IMG/VR virus record: IMGVR_UViG_3300027708_000019
From: a virus
Length of the DNA: 64,000 nucleotides
Reading direction: 5' to 3' (one strand)
Shown here piece by piece: positions 31,101-40,124 of the stretch. How positions within the stretch are numbered: the stretch's first letter is position 1; each line of letters begins with the position of its first letter. The translations under genes and the position numbers were made by a program. The notes beneath the pieces are model-generated. The model did no database searches, was not told the DNA's origin, and was given only the letters and a program-made list of their open reading frames with translations.

Positions 31101-31219
31101 TTACCATCTTGTTCAACATACTCATAATACTTTTGAAGGAATGTGATGAACTTCGCATAGTCTGAACGAATAAACTCAGGAGCCTGAGAATCTACAACGA
31201 TAGAGGTTTTAATTGTCAT
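25151..31219 (-). CDS. gp7: Baseplate wedge initiator gp7-like (2022 aa)
   Basis: Q.PEFIR.DY.KF..FL..YYEY, FY.SKGS..S...FFRILYGE N-terminus and LQDS.YYQDYSYVI...LVHPAGF.VFGE C-terminus; between gp6 and gp8. Confidence 0.8.
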   Translation of the reverse strand: MTIKTSIVVDSQAPEFIRSDYAKFITFLQKYYEYVEQDGKANDVLRNIDTYNDIDDQDDPDILSTFYTLFLPDFPQFVVSDKKFVLKHIAEFYNSKGSIDSIKAFFRILYGEEVQLFLPKEDILKLDAGIWRKTFKIKIYNLSGDQIEHLLGSEIYQVDAINGHKTVKARVVDYDPNYDILYLSADNLILNFTTADLVYATNVNGTSVTFNLKSQLSTTTPTFGGQNYAPGDSAVLPTAQSNTENIKVSTVSSGTIEQLVLLSRGDNYSVYDTVDFGTPLDGEVPATARVQSTINKQIISEINDFNWLEPEDKFTFEDNFEIRQEYGNFGAPAAANMSVTDETTKGINTGSISSAEFGILAEQQQEDSISYTRASYTYNQGLFRTILPRVGASSNYALNWTKNEGISVALIDEELYIGSINCTEGTPPNPGTVIIQFDTDTDYNALEYYELTSRGSSTVTPSIGVVNKNVTDTVLLDTKIGNLSLQQQIGAYELSQNTLSPLYPFSENAGTQSRGPIIYIRETNQLCGHDLNTTRPWEYRFVFRKDTVVKFKIFIMPVQYDLRSVKIVGEDGTTDFYEENDASNILIQETYDGTFRRVGFDPANVTQLGGAGAYIVINVPSHGFNDGEIIRYNTFQDIEAGIYSGTVGGITDGQLFNCLPVDSNNIILLPYGGSNSEAYNVGLAQVLTPAASSGTTCYFTNFAGSHVTNGANYTSTAVANSAITISAKKRSCGTRDMGLKYNLDPNIPTDSNTGFKTMYPYTVDNKVYLFQSINENTDYLISERNDFDNTVVPYNLEINKTNPSEIEDYVTNPFIALEKSDVSIKQNILTVDIPDYSQARVMVERKSLQMVDDINRGQQRLFRAWNDYAEISTYQELYNTNKNIYSDEYSDQPYVNAILPSDITLYSSGPSEFANFGPTMMVASSKNNSVYYTDGAGQGNFIYSAQLDDQRRISFVETTNYDNEPAYPMSNNGPVGISKTVTGTVTSETAYNTNKKKYFTINFSLPRELNYNVDMPFEVNLTNIIESTKDGFSFTDVDFNDSVSLEGVPYAGSDVFLLEGGDSIAFETNTNGYASLAQQKMSIMNPTIMLEFFSPSLDPADPRKHLVYYANKADYTKISSDVQRTIYTFMNCWSPNQNVVPNTTIKDYTVTIKSLQKSDYIIEKVSDSQLLANDPQHSIETGSYVSPFIQEVYIVNGQNDYGKYVKMYPTYEDAVADTNSITPFSLGANFGSNLEGNELFYNPVVSGTTVASTYTNPLSSVGVKNPFTGLIKDNNISLARFFDPSTNVSSSSITVRNHNLVDGSWVRFRTDFNGNAPSGLVDNTTYYVKVIDANTVKLCSSFANYSSNTYVTFTAFATSGKTCSLQTVPQSLNFNSIKDLSFDTRLYVSSIAISTVDTITGGITFATPHTLSGLSKVVFSTTGTVPSGLTNNAEYYVIYVDDLEIKFASSLENASNNIPIVPKTVGSGTASIIVKGTNGNLFPNNTIKEQQFFTPGQYTNYLNTGDKVTIRTQRSLSTLIDSGQTMFVKDSTTGSTESFGLTTRSNLTTSNFGYLTLLSTNMDPDTDIITAPYGHVFYTGDEISYSTSGTSFAPAVSTVYVIKINSTTFKIAASFIDAINNNPINITARGTGSQYFTRTDFDTASEIAELIPYSTQPNYAATLNPGVTGTGIEEFTITYGSNLQTETGYLDQVVLTSPGHYRKVPTVTIKTAGQRSGSGADIYPITNQVGSITGFEIMDGGVHNVSRTLYVPYSFMSDTISGTFVQGETIKVGTSEVGTLLSKEGHYFKINWNQVTPITLGNTTPGVGTTITGVTSGATALVGRAFTIASIAVSEGTSVVTTGDEHHMVNQDMVYISGFSPNIADGYYYASIMGSNKFRLYTDRKLSVPVTAAQPSGYTAYTAVGRSGMFTAVASAAPSAITESTENGSSNNYASDKNLLNTTTRLQDSHYYQDYSYVIRGANSHDNWKPYFNKLVHPAGFAVFGEVDYFTVNSGVEKLGNTVLNGSTINNTSNAIITEMTT

Positions 31220-32992
31220 TTATCGTACCAATGGTTTTCTTGTATCTAATACACCATATACCTCAACATCTGAATCTTGAATAGTCAAAATTTGATTACG
31301 CATTGATTCAACATCTGGTTTTGTTGGCTTCGCGAAAATTTTACAGTTGTCAGTCAACATTGAAAAAGCAGTTGCTGGTATTGTAATTATACCAGTTTGA
31401 TAATCAACAAACCCAAAGGCAGTTGATTCAATAACAACTTTACCATTGTTATAATAATATTTTTGAATCTTACCATCACCATCATCTTTAAGATAATAAT
31501 CAGTTGAGTTGTTGACTAATCTAAATGATGTGCTGGTAATTGTGTTAATTGGATTTAAAAAATCAAATTTATAATTTAATCTGTTCTCAGAGTTTATTTG
31601 TAAATATTTGTAGAGAGTTACTTGCGTATTACTATTTAAAATTGCTTTACTTGTGTAATCAATCTCTCTGCTTAATTGACTCTTTCTAAAAATAGAATCG
31701 TAATTATTTAAATTTGAATCTTCAAAATTCTGAATAGTAGCACGGACGTTGGCTTCTAATGTTTCTTTTGGTGTTGTTGTTTTTGATGGATCATAATAGA
31801 ATGTTGTTTCTAACATTAAGTACAGAAATTCTAGATCAATAAACTCTGGTGTGATACCAACAACATTCTTTCTGTTTAAAATAGATGACAGTCTTGTTTT
31901 TGTTTCATCAGTTAATGATGTTCCATTTTTTGGCTTGGCACTAATATAAACTTTACCATATACTGGAGGACTTGCATTATCGCCACCCCAAGCACTAACA
32001 GCTTCGATATCAGATGCTTCTGCTAGAATAATGTTTTTATAATCTTCAGCAGTAACAGCACGATTTTGTGTAACGAAAAATTTTGATGCATTATTTCTTA
32101 TCGATTCAATTGTTTCGCGATCGCGACCACCCAATGATTTCTGAGCCAATGTTAATGTAAAATTTGTAACAGTAAATGCCGAAATACCACCAAGCGTAAA
32201 TGAAGTAGCGTTATTAGCAATTGTACCATTAGAGATTAGATATGTCATTCTAACAACATTACCATCGACCAATGCTTTACCAATAGCATCATCTCCGAAT
32301 ACTAATTGATAGTAACCATCACGTGTTTCTTCTAAGAAATATACTGGATCTGTTCCAGTAACTGTTGTGTAATCTTTATTTCCAGCCAAGTTGAATGTTT
32401 GAGTTGTTGCATCTGCTGAACTTGTTTGAACTTCTACCAACAATGTAGAAGTGTCAACATTAGAATTTGGAATTAAGAATTTTGTTTGTCCATTTTGAAC
32501 TGTATATCTGTAAGTTAATGGCTTACCTTCAACGATTTCAACATTATTGTATGTAAATGTATTTGCGCTTACTGGAGTTGTTGTTATGTTTGAAAGATTA
32601 TAGAAACTATAATCTGTTCCATCAATCGTTGTTGTAAATGTAGTATATCTTGGTAACATCAAAGATTGTGGTGAACCAGTTGTTGTAACTGTAAGATTAA
32701 TCTTTGCTCTTGATGAAACAATAGAACGAGGTGTATAACCAAAATGTTTTGCTAATGATACAACTGAAGAACGCTTCGCTGCTGTGTCTAAGAACATTTC
32801 ATTGGCAACAAAGTTTGCATAGATTGCGTTATAGTGTGTATTGTATGCCAACAGGTCAAGCAATACAGACATAGCTGAACCTTCAAAATCATAATCGGTA
32901 AATTCGTCTTGCGATTTTAGAAATGTTTTTAAATTATCTTTGATGTTATCAAAGTCTAATTCGGTTACTCTTAGATTTGATGAGTTCGCCAT
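31220..32992 (-). CDS. gp6: Baseplate wedge subunit gp6
   Basis: LDFD.IK.NLK.FL..Q.EF.DYDFEGS.MS.LLDLLAYNTHYN; QNRAVTAEDY; AWGG. Confidence 0.93.
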   Translation of the reverse strand: MANSSNLRVTELDFDNIKDNLKTFLKSQDEFTDYDFEGSAMSVLLDLLAYNTHYNAIYANFVANEMFLDTAAKRSSVVSLAKHFGYTPRSIVSSRAKINLTVTTTGSPQSLMLPRYTTFTTTIDGTDYSFYNLSNITTTPVSANTFTYNNVEIVEGKPLTYRYTVQNGQTKFLIPNSNVDTSTLLVEVQTSSADATTQTFNLAGNKDYTTVTGTDPVYFLEETRDGYYQLVFGDDAIGKALVDGNVVRMTYLISNGTIANNATSFTLGGISAFTVTNFTLTLAQKSLGGRDRETIESIRNNASKFFVTQNRAVTAEDYKNIILAEASDIEAVSAWGGDNASPPVYGKVYISAKPKNGTSLTDETKTRLSSILNRKNVVGITPEFIDLEFLYLMLETTFYYDPSKTTTPKETLEANVRATIQNFEDSNLNNYDSIFRKSQLSREIDYTSKAILNSNTQVTLYKYLQINSENRLNYKFDFLNPINTITSTSFRLVNNSTDYYLKDDGDGKIQKYYYNNGKVVIESTAFGFVDYQTGIITIPATAFSMLTDNCKIFAKPTKPDVESMRNQILTIQDSDVEVYGVLDTRKPLVR

Positions 32993-32993
32993 G

Positions 32994-33395
32994 TTATCTT
33001 GTTCTCTCTACTGTTATTGTTAATTCTTCTGTTGTCTGTAGTCCAATAATCTCATAAGTGATAGATATATCACAAGCATTTTGCTCATCCTGCATAAATA
33101 TGTTTACATCAAGAACACGAATTCTTGGTTCAAAATTCTCTAGAGTATCAATAATTCCACGCTTTAATGTATGGACTGTTAATGGGGTTGCTAATTCAAA
33201 TAACAATCCTCTGACTGGTGAACCAATTTCACTGTGAAATGGTCTCTCATAATATTGTGTTAAGATTAAACTCTTTACAGATTGTTTAATTGCTTCTTCG
33301 TTGCGCTTCTTAACAACATCTTTAGTATTTGGATGTGCTGTGAAAAGGAGATCGATATCCTTAAATATTTGAGTTTGTCTTGTTATTGTAACCAT
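32994..33395 (-). CDS. gp25: Baseplate wedge subunit gp25
   Basis: FKDIDL.F..HP...D, AIKQSV..LILT..YERPF..EIGS, ENFEPRI. Confidence 0.92.
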   Translation of the reverse strand: MVTITRQTQIFKDIDLLFTAHPNTKDVVKKRNEEAIKQSVKSLILTQYYERPFHSEIGSPVRGLLFELATPLTVHTLKRGIIDTLENFEPRIRVLDVNIFMQDEQNACDISITYEIIGLQTTEELTITVERTR

Positions 33396-33412
33396 ATCTT
33401 TATTTATTCGTT

Positions 33413-33748
33413 TTATCCACCACCAGAACCAGTATCTGGTCTAGAATCTCCACCACCCAAATCGCCTTCTGGAATATCTGGATTGGCAGAAGCCTCAAGT
33501 TGTTGCAAAGCAACTACGACTGCCAGTTCGTTTAAATTCTCAAACAATTCACCAACAGTTGCTGGTCGTATACCAAACAGATTACTAATCTGGGAAACCT
33601 TTGTTCTTGCTAATGTCTCTAAATCTGCAACCTTCGTTAACTCTGAAGGATAATTTTTATAATTTGTGAAGATCCTCGAGTATAAGTCTTGAGTCGAATA
33701 CTTTTGTAAAAATTCAGTTTTTGCTTGGGTTAGCGCAAGAACTGACAT
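33413..33748 (-). CDS. Hypothetical protein (111 aa)
   Basis: ATG 33748 directly after the PAAR stop is more plausible than the track start at 33808. Confidence 0.6.
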   Translation of the reverse strand: MSVLALTQAKTEFLQKYSTQDLYSRIFTNYKNYPSELTKVADLETLARTKVSQISNLFGIRPATVGELFENLNELAVVVALQQLEASANPDIPEGDLGGGDSRPDTGSGGG

Positions 33749-33750
33749 AG

Positions 33751-34059
33751 TTAAGGTCCAACAAAAATGTCTGTATCGTGTGGTTGACTTGTAATAGGAT
33801 CCCCACAACTAGCAAGACATCCATCATATGCTAATGGTATGTGATCTGGTCCAAGAAACACAGATGTACTTCCCTGAACAATTTTTGGTAGAAAATTATG
33901 TGGTGGGGGTCCATGCGCCTGGATAGTTGTACCAACAACACCTGGAACCAGTTTTGCTGGTGTTATTGCAACTCCAAGTTTAATATCGTTTCTTACATTA
34001 CCGCTACCAACATTACTAAGTTGACCGCATGCTATTTGCCCTGTAGGTGGTTGTGCCAT
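33751..34059 (-). CDS. PAAR-like spike tip protein (gp5.4-like)
   Basis: H...PH...I.QGS.SVF....PLAY.G..ASCGD.I; immediately after gp5. Confidence 0.75.
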   Translation of the reverse strand: MAQPPTGQIACGQLSNVGSGNVRNDIKLGVAITPAKLVPGVVGTTIQAHGPPPHNFLPKIVQGSTSVFLGPDHIPLAYDGCLASCGDPITSQPHDTDIFVGP

Positions 34060-34069
34060 AATATATCCT

Positions 34070-36985
34070 TTATGCTAATAGTGTAAATGCACCCTTGGTA
34101 TGGGTATGATGATTGTTCATTGTGAAATTCATATTTCTTTGTGTTCCCATACCATTATATGATACGTGAATCCATACAATATTTGAGTCTTGATATTCTA
34201 AGATTAATTGATCATGCGGAACCTTTGCTGCAATTTCTTGAATCAAGTCATAATGTTTCTTACGATCTCTAGCCGACTTCTTCAGAACAATATCAGCAGC
34301 CATACCTTTTGGATGCTGAGAGGTTGCGCTTTCTGCGCCAACCAATCCCTTCTGACGATATCCTGAAGTAATAGTAATCTCAGATTTCGGAACAATCTTA
34401 ATAATGTTTTCAAGAACATTCTCAGCCAATGCTTTTAAGTTACACACAATCTGTGCTTTAGTCAAACCATCTTGGTCTTGTAACTTATGTGGTGATTTCG
34501 CTGAACAAATGTAACCAGTGCCACCACCAGGAATAAAGTCACCAAGATAGAAGTTTGCTGACAGTTTTGTAGTAACTGGGAACTCAGTCATATTCTTGAA
34601 TCCCTCGCAAGGAACAGCAACACCAGCTGGTGGTGGTTTGCTCGGAGTAGCAGTATCATTTGTAGTTGGTGCTTGATCAGTTGGTGGCATACGACCACTC
34701 TGTCTTTGCTTATCAATATACTTAGAAGGATCACCATCTTCTGGTGCTTCAAACATTTGAGAACCAGAAACATTTCTTGGAGGTAAACTCAAGTGAGCAA
34801 AGTATGGATTAACTGCAGTAATTCTATCGCCAGCATATTCTAAGTCAACTGCATCTTTCTGAGTTGCTGATTCTGCTTCGTTAGGATAGACTACGTTGAA
34901 CGATGGCGAAACACCCACGTTGTTTCCGTTCAAGTAAATCGCACCACCAGAACCAGCATCGATGTTTACGTTATTAGTTCTTGACTTAATGTCGAAACGA
35001 CCAATAGAACGCATCAACATACCTTGCGAAGCAACACCAAAATATTTTGTTTGAATGTTGATATCAGCTGGTGTTCTTAAATTAAAATCATACAGAGAGT
35101 AAAGATTTAAATAACTCTCAGACTTAATGTTTGTTGAGAAACCACTCTTCAGTAACAAGTTAGAAACAGCATCTACGTTGATGTTACCCAATGCTGTAAC
35201 ATATGTGCTAACACCAGAGAACAAATGTGTATCGTTTGTAGTTTTGAGATAAAAACTATCTGCCGTATTGACAGTCATGTTTCCTCTAGTCTTAATGCTT
35301 AGGTTTTCACATTCAATATTAAAATCCTCAGCAATAGACAGATCCATTTTACCAGCAACACGCATATCTACGTTGTTTCTGAAGTACGCTTTAGTATCTC
35401 CAATAATTTCAATGTTGGCTGCGCTTCGAACAAATATGTTTGCTACTCCATCAATCGTAATATCCTGAACACCTTTAACATATAGGTATCCATTTCTATC
35501 AACAATCTGATAATTGTCGCCAACAATTTTATTTACTTGTGTGCCATTAGCATCCCACTCAGTAAACGAACCACTCTTATGATAATGGTGAATACGTTCG
35601 TTTTCTGGAGTGTCATCAAACTCTTGTACATGTCCAGACTCTGATTGGTAAACGTGATTAAATGGATAACTGGCATTGAATGGCGATTCTGGTTGATCCC
35701 ACGTTGCTTGAGTTATTGATACTGGAACTTTGGTTGTTCTTGTTGCGTCTTTTTTACCAACGATAGTGTTATCAATTTGTTCATGTCGAGCAAGACGATT
35801 CGTATCTGGTTCATTTAAAAATTCTTTTAATGGATATTTTTTATTTGGGTCACCAAATCCATAAGAGACACCACTGTTATTTGTGCCATCACTTATAGTT
35901 CCATCTGGTCGTGTTTCACCAAGAGGTACTGTTTGTGCATCAACACCAGCTGGTACGTTCTGTGGTAATGTTTTTGGCTGGTCGCCTTCTATTGAAGAGT
36001 AGCCAGATTTATATAAATCTGTTGTTGTGTTTCCGTAACCATCATCAATATCTTGTCCAGATTTTAATGCTTGTGCTCTGCTGGTTCCATCTGGATGTGA
36101 TGCTTGTAGATAACCAGCAATTTCTTTTTTATCTGATGTACTACTAATAATACCAAGACGAGTAAGTTCAGCATAATTATATGCAGTCCACTCATCCATA
36201 ACCTGTTCTTGAAGATCGGCAGTTGAGAGGAATACGGCAACAGAAGTTGCGCCACCTTTACCAGTCCAAACTGTGTCATCAGCTAATTTAAAGTTAGATG
36301 GTGGTACTGTTTCGCCATTAGCATTTAATACACGTTTAACATAACCAAGTAAGTTCAAAGACTTTGCGTCCATTTGATACTTACCAATTCTGCCTTGTGG
36401 ATTTACTACACCATAATTCTGCTGTCCGACATTACCTGTAATAGTAAAATCTCGTTCGCCTCCAGGTGTTGATGTTGTTTCTAACAAAGCAACATTGTCT
36501 TTGTATTTTCCAACATCTAAATCTGTTAATGGACCAATTGCTTCATCGCGACCAGCAACTGGTTCGGTAGGTTCTGGATCAGTACTTGCTGATCCACCCT
36601 GATTAGTTGGTTGATTGGTTGCGTCTTCAGCACCACCACCATCTGTTTTAATTAAATAATCATCACCATCGTTTACATAATTAGAATCAATACCTTTGTC
36701 TTGAGGAACACCACCAATCGTTCCCATCATAACAGGTTGTTGACACTCTTGATCTCTAAAGAAAATTACAACCCATGTCCCCTCAACTGGTCCAAGTGGT
36801 GTATGACCAATACCATTCATCGCTGCCGATGTAACAGGTTGCATTGGATATGCCCATGGTAATAACTCCATAGGTAATTCGTTTTTGTTTTCGGTGTGTA
36901 AACCAACAACTCGAACTTGACAACGTCCAAGTTGTAATGGGTCTAATCTATTTTCGACAACACCTGTGTAAAACACACCATTCAT
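34070..36985 (-). CDS. gp5: Baseplate hub/central spike gp5 with lysozyme-like insert and C-terminal peptidase M15 domain
   Basis: OB-fold GVVE.R.DPL.LGRC.VRV.G.H..LPWA; YPFNHV..SESGH..EFDDTP..ERIH; beta-helix repeats; C-terminal ITSGYR...SQH..GMAADI...WIHVSY. Confidence 0.92.
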   Translation of the reverse strand: MNGVFYTGVVENRLDPLQLGRCQVRVVGLHTENKNELPMELLPWAYPMQPVTSAAMNGIGHTPLGPVEGTWVVIFFRDQECQQPVMMGTIGGVPQDKGIDSNYVNDGDDYLIKTDGGGAEDATNQPTNQGGSASTDPEPTEPVAGRDEAIGPLTDLDVGKYKDNVALLETTSTPGGERDFTITGNVGQQNYGVVNPQGRIGKYQMDAKSLNLLGYVKRVLNANGETVPPSNFKLADDTVWTGKGGATSVAVFLSTADLQEQVMDEWTAYNYAELTRLGIISSTSDKKEIAGYLQASHPDGTSRAQALKSGQDIDDGYGNTTTDLYKSGYSSIEGDQPKTLPQNVPAGVDAQTVPLGETRPDGTISDGTNNSGVSYGFGDPNKKYPLKEFLNEPDTNRLARHEQIDNTIVGKKDATRTTKVPVSITQATWDQPESPFNASYPFNHVYQSESGHVQEFDDTPENERIHHYHKSGSFTEWDANGTQVNKIVGDNYQIVDRNGYLYVKGVQDITIDGVANIFVRSAANIEIIGDTKAYFRNNVDMRVAGKMDLSIAEDFNIECENLSIKTRGNMTVNTADSFYLKTTNDTHLFSGVSTYVTALGNINVDAVSNLLLKSGFSTNIKSESYLNLYSLYDFNLRTPADINIQTKYFGVASQGMLMRSIGRFDIKSRTNNVNIDAGSGGAIYLNGNNVGVSPSFNVVYPNEAESATQKDAVDLEYAGDRITAVNPYFAHLSLPPRNVSGSQMFEAPEDGDPSKYIDKQRQSGRMPPTDQAPTTNDTATPSKPPPAGVAVPCEGFKNMTEFPVTTKLSANFYLGDFIPGGGTGYICSAKSPHKLQDQDGLTKAQIVCNLKALAENVLENIIKIVPKSEITITSGYRQKGLVGAESATSQHPKGMAADIVLKKSARDRKKHYDLIQEIAAKVPHDQLILEYQDSNIVWIHVSYNGMGTQRNMNFTMNNHHTHTKGAFTLLA

Positions 36986-38283
36986 TAAGTAGTTCCTTCT
37001 TTAGACAAATCAATGATCAACGAATCTTTGATTAGCGACATATGTATTAAATGCTTTTCTCTATTTAGATTATGACACAGAGCAGCAATTAGGTAACGAC
37101 CTGAGAAAGTTTTATCAATAATATCTTCTTCTTGATCTTTTTGACTTATTGGGGAATTTCTGTAAATGAAAACATCAATTACATCACCAACACATAAGTC
37201 AGATCTACCAGGAACTGTTACTTCCATTGAATATGCATTAACTTCAGCCATCTCCATAATTCCTTTGAGATGCCAGTTCTTCATTTTGTCTGTTTTAAAA
37301 TTAGTATATGTTTCTAATGCTCTTGGTTGAACATCTAAGAATGCTAATGTCTTAGATGGTAAATTACCAGTAGACATTGGATATGGATTTAAGTGATTAT
37401 GTTTCTCAAAATTATCTGCGTAAGAAAGTGTTTGAACATTGTACGTTTTAGTAACAAGTTCATGTGTAATCAATCTAGACTTATACATACCAGATTGAAT
37501 TCTATTCATATAGTCATATGCTGTTCTGATTTCATATTTTGTAATACGCTGTAAATCTGCAGCAGTATTACGAGATGCGCTACCACCATCGCCTGATGGT
37601 TTTCTTGAAGTGTTATCGTAGATATATCTTGCTTTAGAATCTTGTTGTAATAATTTATCAATAGATACAAAATTAAATGCTCTGTTATTTTCAAAGAATA
37701 CAAAATTTGCTGAATCAGTTTCTTTCGAAATAGATCTTTTTGCCAAATAATTTATGTTTGTGAATGGTGTCCAATAGTTTGAAACATATATAATTGTGTT
37801 TGCTGTTTCTTCAATGTTCAAAGGTTTTTCTGTTTGTAAATCTGATCTAAGAAACTTTGGAACAATATCACTAATTGTTCCAGCAAATCCTTTACTAACT
37901 TTTGCATTTAAATCTCTAACAGTTTCAAAAGAAGCAAAATGCAATGTATACTGAACAGCTCTTTCAGCAGTATATGTTCTGTCTGTCATTTTGTAAACAT
38001 AAAATGCTTGTGACCACAAACCATCATCGTCGTTCATTGATGGAGTTTTAAATGTAATCAATAATTTTTCTTCGCCAATCATTGGCATTAAATTTACCAA
38101 ATCTTGAGCATCATTTAATACAATGTTTCCTGAAATTGTAGGGGAATGCATATCTTCGTAAACATTAATGTCAATAACAAAGTTAAATACGTCAAATATA
38201 ATTCCTCTAGCAGATCCAATTTTTGCATCAATTAACTGATAATCACCTGCGAATTTTAAATTCTCTTGGACTTCTATTGTCAC
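36985..38283 (-). CDS. Baseplate hub protein (gp27-like / tail protein)
   Basis: Between gp53 and gp5; I.VYED...P.ISG...L.D, F.FFEN...FNF.S, VPG.SDL.VGD, SG.YLI..L.H typical of hub proteins. Confidence 0.65.
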   Translation of the reverse strand: MTIEVQENLKFAGDYQLIDAKIGSARGIIFDVFNFVIDINVYEDMHSPTISGNIVLNDAQDLVNLMPMIGEEKLLITFKTPSMNDDDGLWSQAFYVYKMTDRTYTAERAVQYTLHFASFETVRDLNAKVSKGFAGTISDIVPKFLRSDLQTEKPLNIEETANTIIYVSNYWTPFTNINYLAKRSISKETDSANFVFFENNRAFNFVSIDKLLQQDSKARYIYDNTSRKPSGDGGSASRNTAADLQRITKYEIRTAYDYMNRIQSGMYKSRLITHELVTKTYNVQTLSYADNFEKHNHLNPYPMSTGNLPSKTLAFLDVQPRALETYTNFKTDKMKNWHLKGIMEMAEVNAYSMEVTVPGRSDLCVGDVIDVFIYRNSPISQKDQEEDIIDKTFSGRYLIAALCHNLNREKHLIHMSLIKDSLIIDLSKEGTT

Positions 38284-38798
38284 TTCAGTACCTCTCTGAA
38301 TTGTCTAATAACATCACCAAGAACATTAGGTGGAATAATTTTCATTCTTCGTTTGGCTTCATTTAATTGTAATTCGTAATCATAATTTGTTATTGGTGTT
38401 GCATCAGCTACACCATTTGGATTTACATAATCTGACATTACCCAATAGCCATCAGAAGATTCATAATGGTTGATGTCATATTGAGCATCCCCATATTTGT
38501 CATAGATATACGCTTCAAGATTAATTTGCGTTAATGGAAAATCATCGACGTAACTATACTTCTCGTTAATTAACATCAAGACCCAATGATATTGTGATGT
38601 GCCATAAAACAATTCAGAAATAATTTCTGGTGTTTCACCATCTTTAATGTCATACTCTTCGTAATATACAAGATTCTTCAATAAATCTGCTTTTATTCTT
38701 ACGTTTGTAATAATATCGCTGATGAGATATTTTTTTGAATCTTGTCCAAATTCTGAGAAATCTACAATGGTTGTTGGTATGTATTGAAAATATGCCAT
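38280..38798 (-). CDS. gp53: Baseplate wedge protein gp53
   Basis: YF...P; Y.IKDGETPE.IS..FYG....HWVL.L.N; TNYDYE...NEAKR.MKII. Confidence 0.9.
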   Translation of the reverse strand: MAYFQYIPTTIVDFSEFGQDSKKYLISDIITNVRIKADLLKNLVYYEEYDIKDGETPEIISELFYGTSQYHWVLMLINEKYSYVDDFPLTQINLEAYIYDKYGDAQYDINHYESSDGYWVMSDYVNPNGVADATPITNYDYELQLNEAKRRMKIIPPNVLGDVIRQFREVLK

Positions 38799-38800
38799 GA

Positions 38801-40081
38801 TTAGAACGCTGCCAAGTTAGGATCTTCAAAATTCTGTGATGAGAATTTTGGTTGGCCATCTGGTGACTCGCCAAGGAAACGCTCTTTAGATAATGTTTCT
38901 AGTTCTAGGAATGACATTTGCACATTTATCTGAGCAGGCATACCATCATCGAACGTAGCCATCTGACCATTTGGTGAATAGTTTACTTGTAAATCTGTAA
39001 GAACACAAGTTGAAATTTTATTCAAGTGCGGATGTTCTTTATCACCGAAGTAATAAACAATATCAAACTCAGAAGGGAACAAATACAACATCTTGTTTAC
39101 GTTGTTTTGATATTCTGGATGCATGTAGAATTTAAAAGTATTGATAATACGCTGGATATTTTCAGCTTCTTTTCTAGTTCTTGGAGCAAACTGATAATTG
39201 AATGAGAATCGACGAAATTCCATCGATTTAAATAATTGTTCTTTTCTTGGGTTTGGTGCTGCTTTATATAATGCTGAAAGAGCAGCACGAGCAGGATTCA
39301 TTTCCATACCCTTAACAACAGCACTCTGTAATCCCATACTAGCAGTTCCAGCATTTGGGTTTGTTGCTGCTTCTGCGCCAGCACCAAAAATAGCACCGAG
39401 TTCTTCCTCACCATAAGTCGCACGATAACCAACTGAAACTTCATTCGGAACATGTAAAGCAATAGCAGTTTTCAAACGCTTTGTGCTTTGTGTTGTTTTT
39501 AATCCAGGAAATGCTGTTTCCATCAACAATCCTTGAGCCTCAACAGCACCACCAGTTACAGCAGCACCTTTAACAGCACCAGCAGCAGCGGTTCCTAATG
39601 TTCCCTTAACAAATGATACTACAGATTCTTTTTTAGTTGGAACAGTACCATCAGGTCTTTTTGCGCCAAAATTACCAGCTTCTTTTCCAGCACCATCTGC
39701 CAATCCAACAACAACACCAACAGCTGCACCACCAGTAGCTGATACTGCTGCTGCTTTACCTAGTGATGCTTGTTTACCTTGGACTGTATTTTGATCAGAT
39801 TTATCTACATCACCAACGATTTGTATTTTACCATCAGTAAATACACGTGACTGAGAAGATACGTTGATATAAAACACAACATAGTTTTTGTAGATTTGAT
39901 TAAAGTAACTGTTGCCACTTCCACCTGTTGTGGTGCTGCCTTCTCCACTAAACAAATCTATTGGATACTGTAGATTATCAATAGCGTATTTTTGTCTGTT
40001 AAGAGAAGTTTCTCTTTTAACTTTCTGTGGCGTACTTTGTTTTGCTTTATTAGTATTTGCGCCTTGGGTGTTTGATGCCAT
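38801..40081 (-). CDS. gp48: Baseplate tail tube cap gp48
   Basis: L.YP.D; IAL.VP; NPR.EQLF....FRRFSFNY.FAPR...EA..I..II..FK.YMHP; C.LT...VNYSP.G. Confidence 0.88.
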   Translation of the reverse strand: MASNTQGANTNKAKQSTPQKVKRETSLNRQKYAIDNLQYPIDLFSGEGSTTTGGSGNSYFNQIYKNYVVFYINVSSQSRVFTDGKIQIVGDVDKSDQNTVQGKQASLGKAAAVSATGGAAVGVVVGLADGAGKEAGNFGAKRPDGTVPTKKESVVSFVKGTLGTAAAGAVKGAAVTGGAVEAQGLLMETAFPGLKTTQSTKRLKTAIALHVPNEVSVGYRATYGEEELGAIFGAGAEAATNPNAGTASMGLQSAVVKGMEMNPARAALSALYKAAPNPRKEQLFKSMEFRRFSFNYQFAPRTRKEAENIQRIINTFKFYMHPEYQNNVNKMLYLFPSEFDIVYYFGDKEHPHLNKISTCVLTDLQVNYSPNGQMATFDDGMPAQINVQMSFLELETLSKERFLGESPDGQPKFSSQNFEDPNLAAF

Positions 40082-40124
40082 ATCTGTCCTAAATAGAGAA
40101 TGGTTATTTTAGTATTATTTATTC

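Noticed and set aside
707-39416. Numerous short ORFs antisense or out-of-frame within the large structural genes
   Set aside because: They overlap long, motif-bearing ORFs, lack RBS and read as shadow frames
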